Shown: positions 1 to 12,600 of the stretch, in pieces
Numbering within the stretch: the first letter of the stretch is position 1
Layout: every line of letters starts with the position of its first letter
Assembly: GCF_000150275.1 (NCBI RefSeq)
Contig: NW_002060954.1
Location: 1,550,001-1,614,000 of the forward strand
Direction of reading: 5' to 3'
Source: Trichoplax adhaerens
Taxonomy: Eukaryota > Animalia > Placozoa
Length of the DNA: 64,000 nt
Made by a program: the position numbers and the translations under genes
The notes under the pieces: generated by a model
The model's input: the letters and a program-made list of their open reading frames with translations, nothing else
What the model was told of the DNA's origin: nothing
The model's database searches: none

Positions 1-309
1 TACGGTAATTAAAGACAGTAAAACATGGCACTTCTCGCTGATCTTTACTAAAAACTCAGCTAGTGTTTATCCTATTGAAAAATATACGATATACGAAAGC
101 ATATCTATATTCTATGCTGTGCTTTTTTACCATCATTGTTAAATAGTTTGCTATTACTTCAGAGAATTTAGAAACTTAGCTTTAAAAATTTTACAGCAAA
201 GATCAACTTCAAAAGTAACTCATAACATTGACAATTCAGCGACTTAAGTTTAATCTTAAAATAAAATGATATTTTAAGCTAACAATTACAATATACGAAA
301 AAAACTGAC

Positions 310-384
310 CAATTCGTTCGATAGTGTACCAATAGCGGCATGAATGATGACAGAAAGCAAAGCTAGTGTTAACAGATTCTTCAT
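310..384 (-). CDS. Probable first coding exon of a secreted/membrane protein; gene runs off the left edge
   Basis: ATG at 384-382 reads MKNLLTLALLSVIIHAAIGTLSNEL (basic N-region, hydrophobic core, AxG cleavage-like site) and ends at a GTCAG donor in phase 0. The downstream exon was not resolved. Confidence 0.55.
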
Positions 385-2504
385 TTTCTTAATTATTTTT
401 TGCAAAAATATCGGCACGTAAATGGGAACGATCGGACGTTGGCACTATTTAGACCAGGACTACCAATTAAGAAGACTATCCAAAAACGATGTTATCGGAA
501 ACTGTCTACTGTAAGTACTTTTGTACTGAGCTGAGCTTTGCTAGTTTTCATAAAATAGAGAATTAGACCGTAGGCTAATGCAATATAATGCGACAATGTC
601 TGCTGTTTTTACGCAATGCGTAAACTCGCCATGATGCATATTAAAATAAATAAATGTTATTCTATACTATACATGCGAAAATAGCCATTATAACTATAAT
701 CCTTTTTGATGTAATGTAGGTCAACGGGTGTCTATTCCCTTAGCGTCGCCTTCACCGCTGGTAGAATTAGTCAATTATCCCTATTTTAATCTTCATTATT
801 ATAGCATCTACAGTAGGGACTTGTTTGTTAAACTGACTCATGCCGATTATTATCTTAAAAAGGAAGGGCCGTACATTAAGGCTGTACTTACCAAAATGTA
901 TATTTTATTCTAATGAATGCAATGACACTATATTAAAATTTCTAACGGGGCATTTTGATTAATAATAATTCTAAACAGCTAAGTATCAACCCAGCAACAG
1001 CTATGGTAATGTACTGTAATTTACTTTACTTCTCTAGCTTTCTTATTGATGCATCTAAACTCTATAGCATTTTACTACTATACCAGTACCGTACGTGTAA
1101 TTTCGTTAAATGAATACGGGCTTACTTTTTATAGTGTTATGCAGAACGAAAGGCTTTTGGCGTACAATTATTTTTTGCCTTACATTATATAGATTGTAAT
1201 ACTCTTAACTTGTGTACGAATAATACTAATATTAAAAGTAGCTTCTTATTGTATTTCGTGATGGTTTAATAAAAAATTGCAAAAAATAAGGATTTTAACA
1301 AACTATTACTGAATTTAAGCTTAAGGATACATATGTATTTAGTATTTACATTGATACTCGCATATATATGTACTGAAAAGTACATATACACACACGCAAG
1401 AAAAAATTATTTTAATATATATAGATTAATAACTTCATCTATTAAAGATCCATAATTGATCGGCACAAGTATTTTAATCTATTTTCACTTATGAATTACT
1501 ATCGTAGTCATTTTATATTTCCTGAACTATAATTTTAAATACTAACATTTTAAATATGATACTATACTTGCATTGTAGAAATTCTAGTACCGGACGCTAT
1601 ATAACAGACACGCACAATGTCTTTTATACACGTATTACCGTAGTATACGTCAGAAGATAGATGATATAGAAAATTTAAATAAACTTATTATCGAATATGT
1701 ACGTTTTAATGCAAAAAACTTTTTTAAGCGATAAAATATGGATATAGATAATTTGATAAAAATATAAGTTGATTTCTGGCTGCGATATACTATTTGTTAT
1801 TGTAACGTGCAGTACACAACACAGTAAAGTTAAAACTGCATTTACTATAGATATTTTATTTATGATTGCAGTATCAATAAAAACTATATGTTTTGAAGCA
1901 TTCTTATTACTTTGTTTAAATTTAACTCAAAAATCATGTATGAAGAATAAGCAATTGCAGTGTTCATCTTAGGTAATGCTCGCAGTAACTAAAATTAAAA
2001 CGTTACTACGGCTTGGTAAAGGTGCTACCATTGTACGCTAATTTTTTCTGCATTTATTATAAGTATACATGTAAACAAACGCAATTTCAGGGTTCTAATA
2101 CCGATATATAACATACGGATGGTCGATCACTGTTATGTACACCTTGATGTTTACTAGCAGCACGTATTTGATTTGATATCAATACGAGACTTTGTGATTG
2201 AGCAAACATAAATAAAGGGTAGCATGAAATTTCGACTGTTAATGTATTACTGGAGAGTGTAGACTCTTGTTAGGTACCGGTACTATTATTGTAACTGCTG
2301 TTATGTAACATTAAGATTTGCGAGTGCTAGACAGGAGTAAATTTACAATAGTGAGGTTAATTTCTGTTTAAGAAGCTTCGTAGTTAATCGTGGTTTGGTG
2401 CAATGAAGAACAAAAATTTCTTCATAGCTCTTAGCGGAGATATGAGTAGTTTACTCCTAATACATTTTATTAGATACACCCATGGTTCTAGATAGTTAGC
2501 TAGT

Positions 2505-2810
2505 AATCACCTATTTGCTGAGATAAGGCGATTAGTAGATGTATACAGTATACTGTAAGTAAGTTTATTTATTAACAGCCTAACCACCGAGGTAAGGGGT
2601 TTGATAAGTTAAGATTTGAAAAATTTATTCTGTAACGTTAGCAAACGTCCTATCCTCTGAGATAGGACGATTAATAGCGTTATGTATTTTAATTTACAAT
2701 AATCATAGCAATACCCTATCACTGAGATAAGGGGTTTGGTAGATTAAGACACGGAAAAATTTACACTGTAACACTAGTAAACGCCTATACTTTAAGATAG
2801 GGTGTTGATA
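2505..2810. repeat. Degenerate ~68-bp minisatellite with a palindromic core (CCCTATC-N5/6-GATAAGGG-like), 5 copies
   Basis: Core GAGATA-like hexamers at 2520, 2589, 2659, 2724 and 2794 (spacing 69/70/65/70). Copy 3 is a perfect 9-bp stem, CGTCCTATC..GATAGGACG (2646-2669). Spacers 2 and 4 are clearly homologous. Confidence 0.75.
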
Positions 2811-2872
2811 GCTTTTATCGATGAAGACACTTTTCCCACGTAACTATAAGTACAGTAAATCATAGTAGTTAT

Positions 2873-3033
2873 GTATAGTTTGCCTTAATCCTAACCGTAA
2901 TCTTAACCCATAATATAGTTGGCCTTAACTCTAACCGTAATTTTAACCTATAGTATAGTTAGTCTTAACTCTAACGTACTCTTAACCTATAGTATAGTTG
3001 GCATTATCTCTAGCCGTAATCGTAACCTTAATC
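2873..3033. repeat. ~40-bp tandem repeat (4 copies) built from degenerate CCCTAA-like hexamers
   Basis: Unit ~TATAGTTGGCCTTAACTCTAACCGTAATCTTAACCTATAG, with internal NNNTAA 6-bp periodicity. Confidence 0.8.
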
Positions 3034-3269
3034 GCTGAAATTATTATTTTAATGCTGTAGTGCAATATTATTGGTATACGAGGGCCGATGATTCTCTATA
3101 CTGTAGTTTAACGCATTAGTTATTAATGAATTGTGCTGCTAATTAAGGGTCGCTGCACAGACAGCGCTATGTCAACACTACAGTACACTGACGAATGGTT
3201 CTGTACTTCTGCACTCGACGATAATCATAATCCGTTACCTGTATAAATAAAATATACGCATGCTCCTGC

Positions 3270-3283
3270 GTAACCAAGGTAAC
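3270..3283. promoter_or_regulatory. RFX X-box upstream of HYDIN
   Basis: GTAACC-AA-GGTAAC matches GTNRCC(N0-3)RGYAAC exactly, ~330 bp 5' of the ATG of a motile-cilia gene. Confidence 0.65.
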
Positions 3284-3615
3284 CTGGTTAAACTTGATTA
3301 CAAAATGATACATATTACGATTTTATATTAGGACAGTCAAACTTTAGCTTTACCGATGGTATTACTAATCTATTTGTAATGTATAAGCTATGGTATAGTA
3401 GCAAATGATAGACAATCAACATATCAGTATACATAGACCATTACAGCAAGTAGCCGTTAGGATATAGCTGAAGACATTAAAATTTTCGTTAACAAGTTTA
3501 TGGCAAAATTTCTTATTATTTCCTTACGTAATCAGTAATCTTCGCAAAATAATTAATTGCTGAAGATTTAGTGTCGTTCTGTGATAGATAAAACACGCCG
3601 TTAGTTTTATAACGT

Positions 3616-6600
3616 ATGATGAACGGAATAGAAGATCACAGTTCTAATGGTATCAACCATGATACAGTTAGGCGACGCAACCACAAGCCTAAAAATCCTA
3701 AAGTCGTACGAACACGACGAGCCGAAAGGGTAAATATAAATTTTATTCAAGTATAGTATACATTTTCATTATAAAGATTTATTTCATTTACCTAGATATC
3801 ATAGCTTTCATTGCAATTGGTGCCAATTTTAAATGTATTGATGATCAGCTTGCAATCTAGCTTTAACGCAGTATCATGTATTCGTGCATAATTTTCGATT
3901 CTATAGTAATTATTAATAATAATATTATTCTTGGATCTACATTACTGTTGTAAGTCAATCGTGCATTAAGAAATGATATCCTATGATTGAGCAGACAGTA
4001 GTGTAATATTAATACAGAATCTTACGATTCTATTTATGATTTGCTTGAAAACGTAGTGTTAATGGACATTGCTTTATATCCTACAATATTTGTTAGTATA
4101 CCCCATCTTCCTTTATGGCAGCGATGGAAATGACAACTGCTGAACGCCTAGAAAAAACAGATGAAGTTCATATACCTCCAGTTATAGAGTTGCTTGATAT
4201 GAGCGAGAATACTTACCAAAAGGTTTTTGATCAATATTATTGCTATACTATAAATCGACTAGTGAGCACCTTTTAATATTAAACATATTTATATTTATGC
4301 TATAGGTAACTAATGTGGATATCGACGAACCATTATTTCAACCATTTCCATCGGAGGTCTACTTCCAAAAGTATCAAGCCTTTGAAACTTATCGTGTTCC
4401 ATTTATATTACGCAACAGAGATAAAGTAATATAAGCCAATGAAAATAATCTTAGTAAGAATAACACCAAGCAGCTAAGCTGTATGTTCCATTTTTAGGTT
4501 GCACGATTGGTAAAAGTTCTTCCAATTGATTCACCATACTTTAAAATAATAAGTCCCAAAAACGTCGGTCATAAGACTGCTCCTGGGATGGAAGCAAAAT
4601 TTGTGGTAGAATTTACGCCGCATGAAGCTAAGGTTAGATAGTTGATTATATATTCTTAGATGTTGAATACGTATTTTTCTAGGTACTCTTTATTTTATTG
4701 GGAAATTAATATTTTTCCATTGCCTGAAAAATTATTATTGTAGGATTATGCTTATGATATTATTTGCGTCACGGAAAGAGAACGTTTTATTGTACCAATT
4801 GTGTGCATTGGTGATCGAGCAATCTTCGACTTTCCAGATGAAGTAAACTTATCGTGCTGCCCAGTAAAGGTGATTCTTCGTTGAAAAACTTCCATTTCTA
4901 TTTGCTATATATCAATTTATGAAACGTGATTGACTTATTTTTATGAAATAAATAATATGCATGTGTTTTTTTTATCTTTTTATAGCATAACCTTACGAAA
5001 ACATTACTTGTAAGAAATGTAGGAAACTGTACTGGAAAATATACGACAAATTGCAATAAGTACGCATATTAGATGATCTCGATTACAATTAAAGAGATTT
5101 CCAGCTAATTTCTGCTTGTTATAAAATAATTTAAATTAGGCCCTTTTCGGTTACTCCTGATCATGGTGAAATTGGTGTTAATGGAAGTCTACAAATTCAT
5201 ATCAACTTTGAACCCCTAAGAGTTGGAGATTATTCTGATGATATCATATTGCATTATGATTCCGGTAATAGTTCATAATTATTGTTAATTGTTGAACATT
5301 TTATAACACCTGGTGTAGTGATAGTGTTTAACGAGGTATCTTTTATATCTAACATGTACGAGTATCTTATTCTTAATAGGTGAAGACATCTACATTCATG
5401 TCTACGGTGCTGCGACTGATGCAAATGTTCGCTTAGAAAAGTCGTCACTAAAGATGGAAACTACATACATCTCTATGTCATCACAGAGGTCCATTTCTAT
5501 CGTTAATAGAAGTGATGTTGTTGTCCATTATCAATGGAAGGCATTTGCAACTACTGAAGAGGAAGAAAGTCAAAAATTGCGATTTTTAACTGATTTATCT
5601 GTCGATGAAGAAAAACAACAAAATGATTTCTTGGAAGAATGCATCAGTGATCCGATTCTGAAAGACAGTATGTCCATTCTGACCAGAACATTCAAAAATA
5701 AACGCACGGTAGGCTCGAATTTTATGGCCTCATAATATTTTAATACCTAAGTAGTTTTAGTAGCGATGTCACTGAAATTGTAATTAAAAATTTCAAATTA
5801 CCAATATAGGCTATAGAATCGAATAAATTTCTATATTCCGGTGAGCAATTTTCTATCGATCCGGTAGAGGGAGATATTTGGCCTAATTCAACAGCTGAAA
5901 TGATGGTACACTTTAAACCAGTTGAAGCCAAACCTTATACAGAAACAATTTTTTGCGATGTTGTTGGTCGAGAAAGTAGATTGCCATTGAAAATATCCGG
6001 ACTTGGAATGGGGCCGAATTTACAATTTTCTTACCAATCTTTAGATATTGGCGATGTATTTGTTAAATCTAAACACAGCTATGAAGTTATATTACAAAAT
6101 AAGGGTTATATTGATGCTAACTTTTCTATTGTACCAGCAACGACAGAGTTTGGTAAAATGTTCAGTTTCATGCCATCACGTGGTATTGTAAGAGAAGCAG
6201 GATTTCAAGCAGTTCAAATTAAATTTTCGTCCAATGTTATTGGAACATTTGATGAAACATTCATGTGGAATATAGAGGGCTCGCAAGATCCATTGCCATT
6301 AAATTTCAAGTGCCATGTTGTTGGACCAACATTTACATTTAAACCTAATCGTTTACAATATAGCGATGTTTCATATGGATTTACTTACACGAGGCAAACA
6401 GTACTAGAAAATACTTCAGAAATTCCAATGACATTTCGTTTACGCGTCGATAGTGATGAGGATGATTTCGTTATTACTCCAAGTGAATACGTGTTGCAAC
6501 CTATGGAGCAGGTTAATATCCAAATTGACTTAACACCAACTAGTATTAAAAATTACGATATCAAGCTATGCATTGATGTTAATGATGTTGGCCTAAATGT

Positions 6601-9600
6601 ATTTAATATACCCATTACTGCTGAATGTATTGTACCAAATATAATGGTAGTATCACCAGTAATCGATTTTGGTCGATGCTTCCTCAATCACACATATCAG
6701 CAGTCGGTGCAGTTATATAATAGCTCCGATTTACCTGCAACTTATCAGTTAGTTGATCAAGATGTAGATCAGTCAAGTGCTTGCCAGTATGGTAGTCCAA
6801 ATCCGAAAGGAATTATTGAGGCACAATCAACTCTTGAGATGCCGTTGCAATTGAGTGTGTCAGAACTAGATGAAATCCGAGTTACTGTAACGATTCTTAT
6901 TAAAGGAGCTGAAAGCCATCCGTTAACAGTTCAGATCCTCTCACTTGGTGAAGGTCCAGTACTACATGTGACACCGAAGGAATTGGATTATGGCGAAACA
7001 AGAGTATTATCGAATGCTAATAGAAAGATTAAAGTAACTAATGAATCGCTTATACCAGCTCAATTTAAGGCTACTATGTTACGACCACATTCAGTATTCT
7101 CAATTCAACCGACAACAGGATTGATACAACCGGAAGAGACTCTGTATCTCGATTTATTTGCTAATTTAAATGACTCCATACGATTTGCCGACAAGTTAGC
7201 CTTTGAGATTGAAAATAGCCAAACTCAAACTGTTGAAATTAAAGCTCGTGGTTTCGGTACGACAGTACAATGTCAGCCTTCTATGGTGCCTTCTGTCAAT
7301 CTTGGTCCACATTTTAGCCGTTCACCCGTTAGCAAAACGTTCAAAATTTGTAATCGTGGTCGTCGTTTACAACAAATATTTTGGACTACTGAAGGTTTTC
7401 AGCCGATACGCACTAGGAAACCTCCTAAATATAACACAGAAGATATGAAGTTTAAATTGATGCCACCACCTAAAGAGCCACCGCGACCAATATTCAATAT
7501 TAAACCAGATAAATTAGTGCTGCATCCTGGACAATCGACTGAAATTATACTTTCCGGTTACTCAGATAACCCACAGCCAGTGAAGGAAACACTAATATGC
7601 CACGCTATTATTGGTCAAACAACCGGAAAAGAGAAAATTATGCAGGTTGATGTTATTGCTGATTTTATTGCTCCTGTATTGGAGTTTTCACAGCGCACAA
7701 TATCGTTTTCATTAATTAAGACACCTAGTACGATATTAAAACCCATGTATGAGCAAATATCTATGAAAAATATATCATCTTTGCCTGTGACTGCTCAGTT
7801 ATCAGTGGATTATCCTTTCCATATGCTATTGGACAGCAAAAAAGAAGTATCTATAGTTACTGTTGTTCTTGAACCTAATGAAGAGAAAGATTTAACCATT
7901 AAATTCGATCCAGCTTATAGGCAAGATTCATTTACACGTCGACTTGATAGTCGTATTGAAATATCGTATCAGGAGCATCCACAGCAAGATTATGTTAACT
8001 TGAAATCTCAAGTTTATTTCCCCAATTTAGAATTTGAATCGACAAATATCGATTTTGGATGCATCTTGAATGATACAGAAGTGGTGCGTTATATTACAAT
8101 CACCAATGATAGCCCAACACAGGTGAAATATCGTTGGTCATTTATACAACATTCTACCGATGAAATGAATGGTAAAATATCGACCAATATGCTGGAAAAT
8201 GAGCATTTAGATATTATGGATGAGGATAAAGATATCGATGATAGTGAAATTGAATTAGATAAAATGAATAAGATCAAATTGAAATACGATAGTATCGATG
8301 ATAGTCAAATGAGGATACAAGAAGTATTTGATATACTTCCACTTTACAGTGTCTTGCAACCAGGTGAAAGCCAACGTATCCAATTAACTTTTTACGGTCA
8401 TACCTACGTGAATAGTAAAGCAATTGCCGTCTGCCATGTTGAAGGTGGTCCTGACTATCATATTACATTAACTGGCAGTGCATCCATAGTATCGTATCAA
8501 TTTGATAAAAAGATTGTAGATTATGGTAAACAACTGTATGATCAAATCGCTGTCGGTACAATCTCACTACGAAATACTGGCGATGTAGCTTTTGATTTTA
8601 ATACATCGAATGGCAGTGATCAAAGTCGTCCATTGCCAGGCATACCAATTGTTATGCCATCGGTAGGTAGAATTGAAGCAAAAGAAGAACAAGTATTAAC
8701 CGTTCGCTTTATACCGGGTATACCAGACGAGTTTGAGAAACATTTTGAAATTCGTATTGCCTATTTTGAACCTGAAATTATTACAATACGCGGTGAAGGT
8801 ATATTTCCAAGGATGGCTTTTGATTTGCCACGTTCAAGTGACGATAGTTTTGATGCACTTCTAAAAAGAGCACGAGAGAAACTCTCCAATGAAAAGAAAA
8901 TTCTTCAAGATGTATCTCTCAATGGTGCAGTTACTGCTAAAACAAATCATGATCCGGAGTTTTCAACGAATGCTAAAGGAGTCGATAAAGTTGATCGGTC
9001 ATTGTCTGTTGCCACCCACGTTGGTTCAGAATTATCTAATCCTGAACAGTTATCGGAATTTGAAATCCAACGAGAAGCTGAACGTTTATTAGTCACCGAA
9101 TATGCTGAAGCCAACAATATGAAACGATTCGATGCAAGCTATGAGCAACAATCACAACAGTTACAACCACAGACACAACTAACTCAATGCCAGTTACCAA
9201 ATTATGTCCTTGATTTTGGTTATGTTGTTTATGGTGCCGTCAAAACTCATATCGTTCGAATTGCCAACGTTGGCCACAGTCCAGTATCTTTCAGTATTAA
9301 TAAAGATCATTTACCAAGTACTGGCTTTAAAGTTGAACTTGATCGAGTTAAATCGTTACCTGGTGCACCAGCGTATGAACCTTTGGATTTTGCTGTTTCA
9401 TTCAAGCCACAAAGCGCTGAATTACCTGAAGGTGAAATAAATGTTTTCGTTCCATTTCAAGTTGCCCATGGCCCAATGACTGGATTACAATTAAAGGCAT
9501 TTGTCACAATACCTAATATTGCTATTTCAACCGAGACATTAGATTTTGGTACTGTCCAATGCGGTGAATGTCGTATAATTACCATTCAGTTATATAATCC

Positions 9601-12600
9601 AAAGCAAGTACGCTGTGAATGGAATTCAATGATACCTGAAAAGAAGAAAAAGAAAAACATCGATAAATTTAAACCATCCTATCTACGCCATAAGGTGAAA
9701 GTGGACAAACCTAAAGCACCCTATTTCGAGTTGATGCCAAGTAAAGGCAATCTATCACCAGGGCAAAGGTTTAATGTTCAAGTTAAATTTCTACCCACTG
9801 AAGAAGCACCCTATATGCAACGTATACCAATTTATGTCCAACAATGTCATTCGAAGCATGAAATCACTTGTTATGGCCAAGGTATTGAACCAACTATTCA
9901 ATTTAATCCAACCATGTTGGAATTTGGTCCAGTATTACCCCATTCTCTTGGTGCTGAACTGGAAGTGAAAGTTAGTAATTTAGGCCATTTCCCTGTTGAA
10001 ATGTATTCACTTGAATTTGATCCGCATTATTTACAAGATGAGAAAATGTTACGTTCTATGAAAGGTTATGATGAGTATAACACATTATTATTGCCACCAC
10101 GACAACCTGGTGATAAATTACCAGATGAATTAATTGATGCCTATCATGATGCTCAAAAGAAGAAAGAGGAAGAAAAAGCTCGTCAATCAAGTAAATTAGG
10201 TTCAGCGTCACACTTAATGAAAGAACATGATGATGATGGTAGTGGTGTTCTCGATGGTCTAGGGCCTGCTGAATCATCAGAACAGCTCAATACTTCATCG
10301 ATCATTTCAAATCTTGATGAACGCAGTGAACATGGCGAGAAGCCATATTTTGTAAGTGTACCTGGGGTTGAGTCGGCTTTAGGTGGATCAGAAAGTGCAA
10401 TGTCGGAAGGTGTTGCTACTGGCATAGATGAGAAGCATAATCATCCCTCCAATGGCCATAATCCAGCTAATGGTATTATTGCTGGCGATGGTGGAGTCGG
10501 TGAACTTGAAGTAACACCTGTTTATGCAGCTATTGCAAGACATTTAGGTATTGATTTATCGCCTGAAGGAACAGCAGCTCGTAATCGTCGTGGAATTGCT
10601 CTTATCGTTAATGGTGCTCCTAATTCGGGTAAAACACAAACTGCTATTACTATTGCCAAAGCTTATGGTGCTGCACTCTTAACCATTGATAGTATCATCA
10701 TTGAGGCAATTAGCAGTGGTGGTTCGCAAGCTGGCCTACAAGCACGACAATTATGCGCTCAAGCAGCTAAAAATGCTGGTGATGATGTTGCCAATGCTAA
10801 TACCAATGCTGCTAATACTGGCGGTTTAAGTATTGAAAATGTCACTGCATTAGGTTCCAACACGCAATCTGCAGCACCAACATTAATTGCATCGAGTGCA
10901 ATTGGTGGCGGTGGCACTGGTGGTGTATCGAAATTATCCGATCGTAAGCATTCAGTTATTATATCTCAGAAGGGCTATCATGGCCATAGTACAATGAGTC
11001 AAGCTGGACAAACAACAACGATGACAACGACTGTTTCCAATTCTCCACCACCACTCTTTATTGGTCGTAAATTAAGTGTTAGTGCTAGTGTCGCCGGTGA
11101 AGATGGGCTTATGACATGCTTATTACCTGAAGAATTAATTATTGAAATTATTGCCGAACGATTCCAGCTAAATGATTGCCATCGTGGTCTTATCATCGAT
11201 GGTCTTGAATCGATGTTTATGAATAATATGAATACTGCAGCTAAATGTCTCTTGAAAGCAATCAATAATCGTAAATATATCTATTTTATAACATTAACCG
11301 TTGATCCAGTTAAAAAGTTACAATCATTTGAAGAACGCCAAAAACAAGATTTTGATAATAAAAATAGTAGAAATGGTCAAGCAATTCAGGACGATCAATT
11401 CGATATTGAGAATATATCAGAAAGTGAATATGATGCTATGACAAGTGAGCAAAAAGCAGAGATTGATAAGAAACATTTAATAGCCAAAAAGATACGATTA
11501 CAGCGGCAAAAAGAAGAACGATTAGAGCGTGAACGTCGTGAAAGGGAGCAACAAGCTCAATTAGAAGAGAAACGTCTAGAAGAAGATCGCCCTGGTAGAA
11601 AACGTAAACAGACACAAGGAAGTAAAATGACCACCAAAGCACCAGCTGGTGCAGGTAGTAAAAATCAACCCAGTGTTGATAATAAATCGACTGCTAAGCA
11701 AGATAAACATACACCTGGTATGACAAATGCTCGACCAGCATCAGGTTTTCAAGGTTCATCAAGGCCTGATTCAAGTGGTACATTAGGCAGTGAATTAGCA
11801 CAACAACAACAAGGACAACAACAACAGCCTCAAGGTGGGCAACAAGGTCAACAAGGACAAATGCAACAAGGAATGCAACAACAACAGCAAGGAACGCAAC
11901 AATCGGGCTCACAACCGGGACAAGGCCAACAACAAGGACAAATGGAAGGTGATAAATCGGGCGATGGCCGTAAACGTCGTAAAGATGAGAAAGGTAGTAA
12001 GCAGAAAGGTAATGCCATGGGAGCTGGAACTCATTCACCACAAGAGGCATTACATGCCAATATCCAACCTATGAGTGAAGCTGAAAGAAAGAGAAAATTA
12101 GAAGAGCATAAATTATCACAACGATTTACTATGTTTGAGCAGTCATTAAGTGAGATTAATACATTATTAGATTTTTGGGATCGTAGTAGTGGTACCAGTT
12201 TAAAACCGCCATCTCCAGAAGAACGTGAAACAGTTTTATTGCCACCACCAACTGCAGGCACAACGCGTAAACGGCGTGAGACCCATGCTCACGTTAATCG
12301 AGAGCGTGAAAAAGAGAAAGAACGCGAAAAAGAGCGAGAACGTGAACGTGAAATTTTAAAAGAAAAAGAAGCTAAAATTCAAATGGAAAGTTCAATGGGA
12401 GCTTCGACAATGAATACATTGAACATAAATCAAGCTGCAATGTCGGGTGGTAATACTGGAACTATAAGTAAAGATAATACTACAACCATAACTGTCGGTA
12501 ATAACCAAGTAACAGGAGGATCATCGAATCAACAAGGTGGCGATAATGATACAAATGATGGTAAAATGGCTATTGGTGTACCACATATTTTGTTTGAAGT

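Noticed and set aside
400-2450. Short ORFs at 728-913 and 1769-1972, and likewise those in 57000-59600
   Set aside because: Mostly non-ATG starts, AT-rich composition, no splice-consistent partners or motifs. No tRNA or other structured RNA was recognisable.
2505-2810. CRISPR-like array (palindromic repeats with ~45-bp spacers)
   Set aside because: Repeats are degenerate, spacers are homologous to each other, there are no cas genes, and the context is an intron-rich animal genome.
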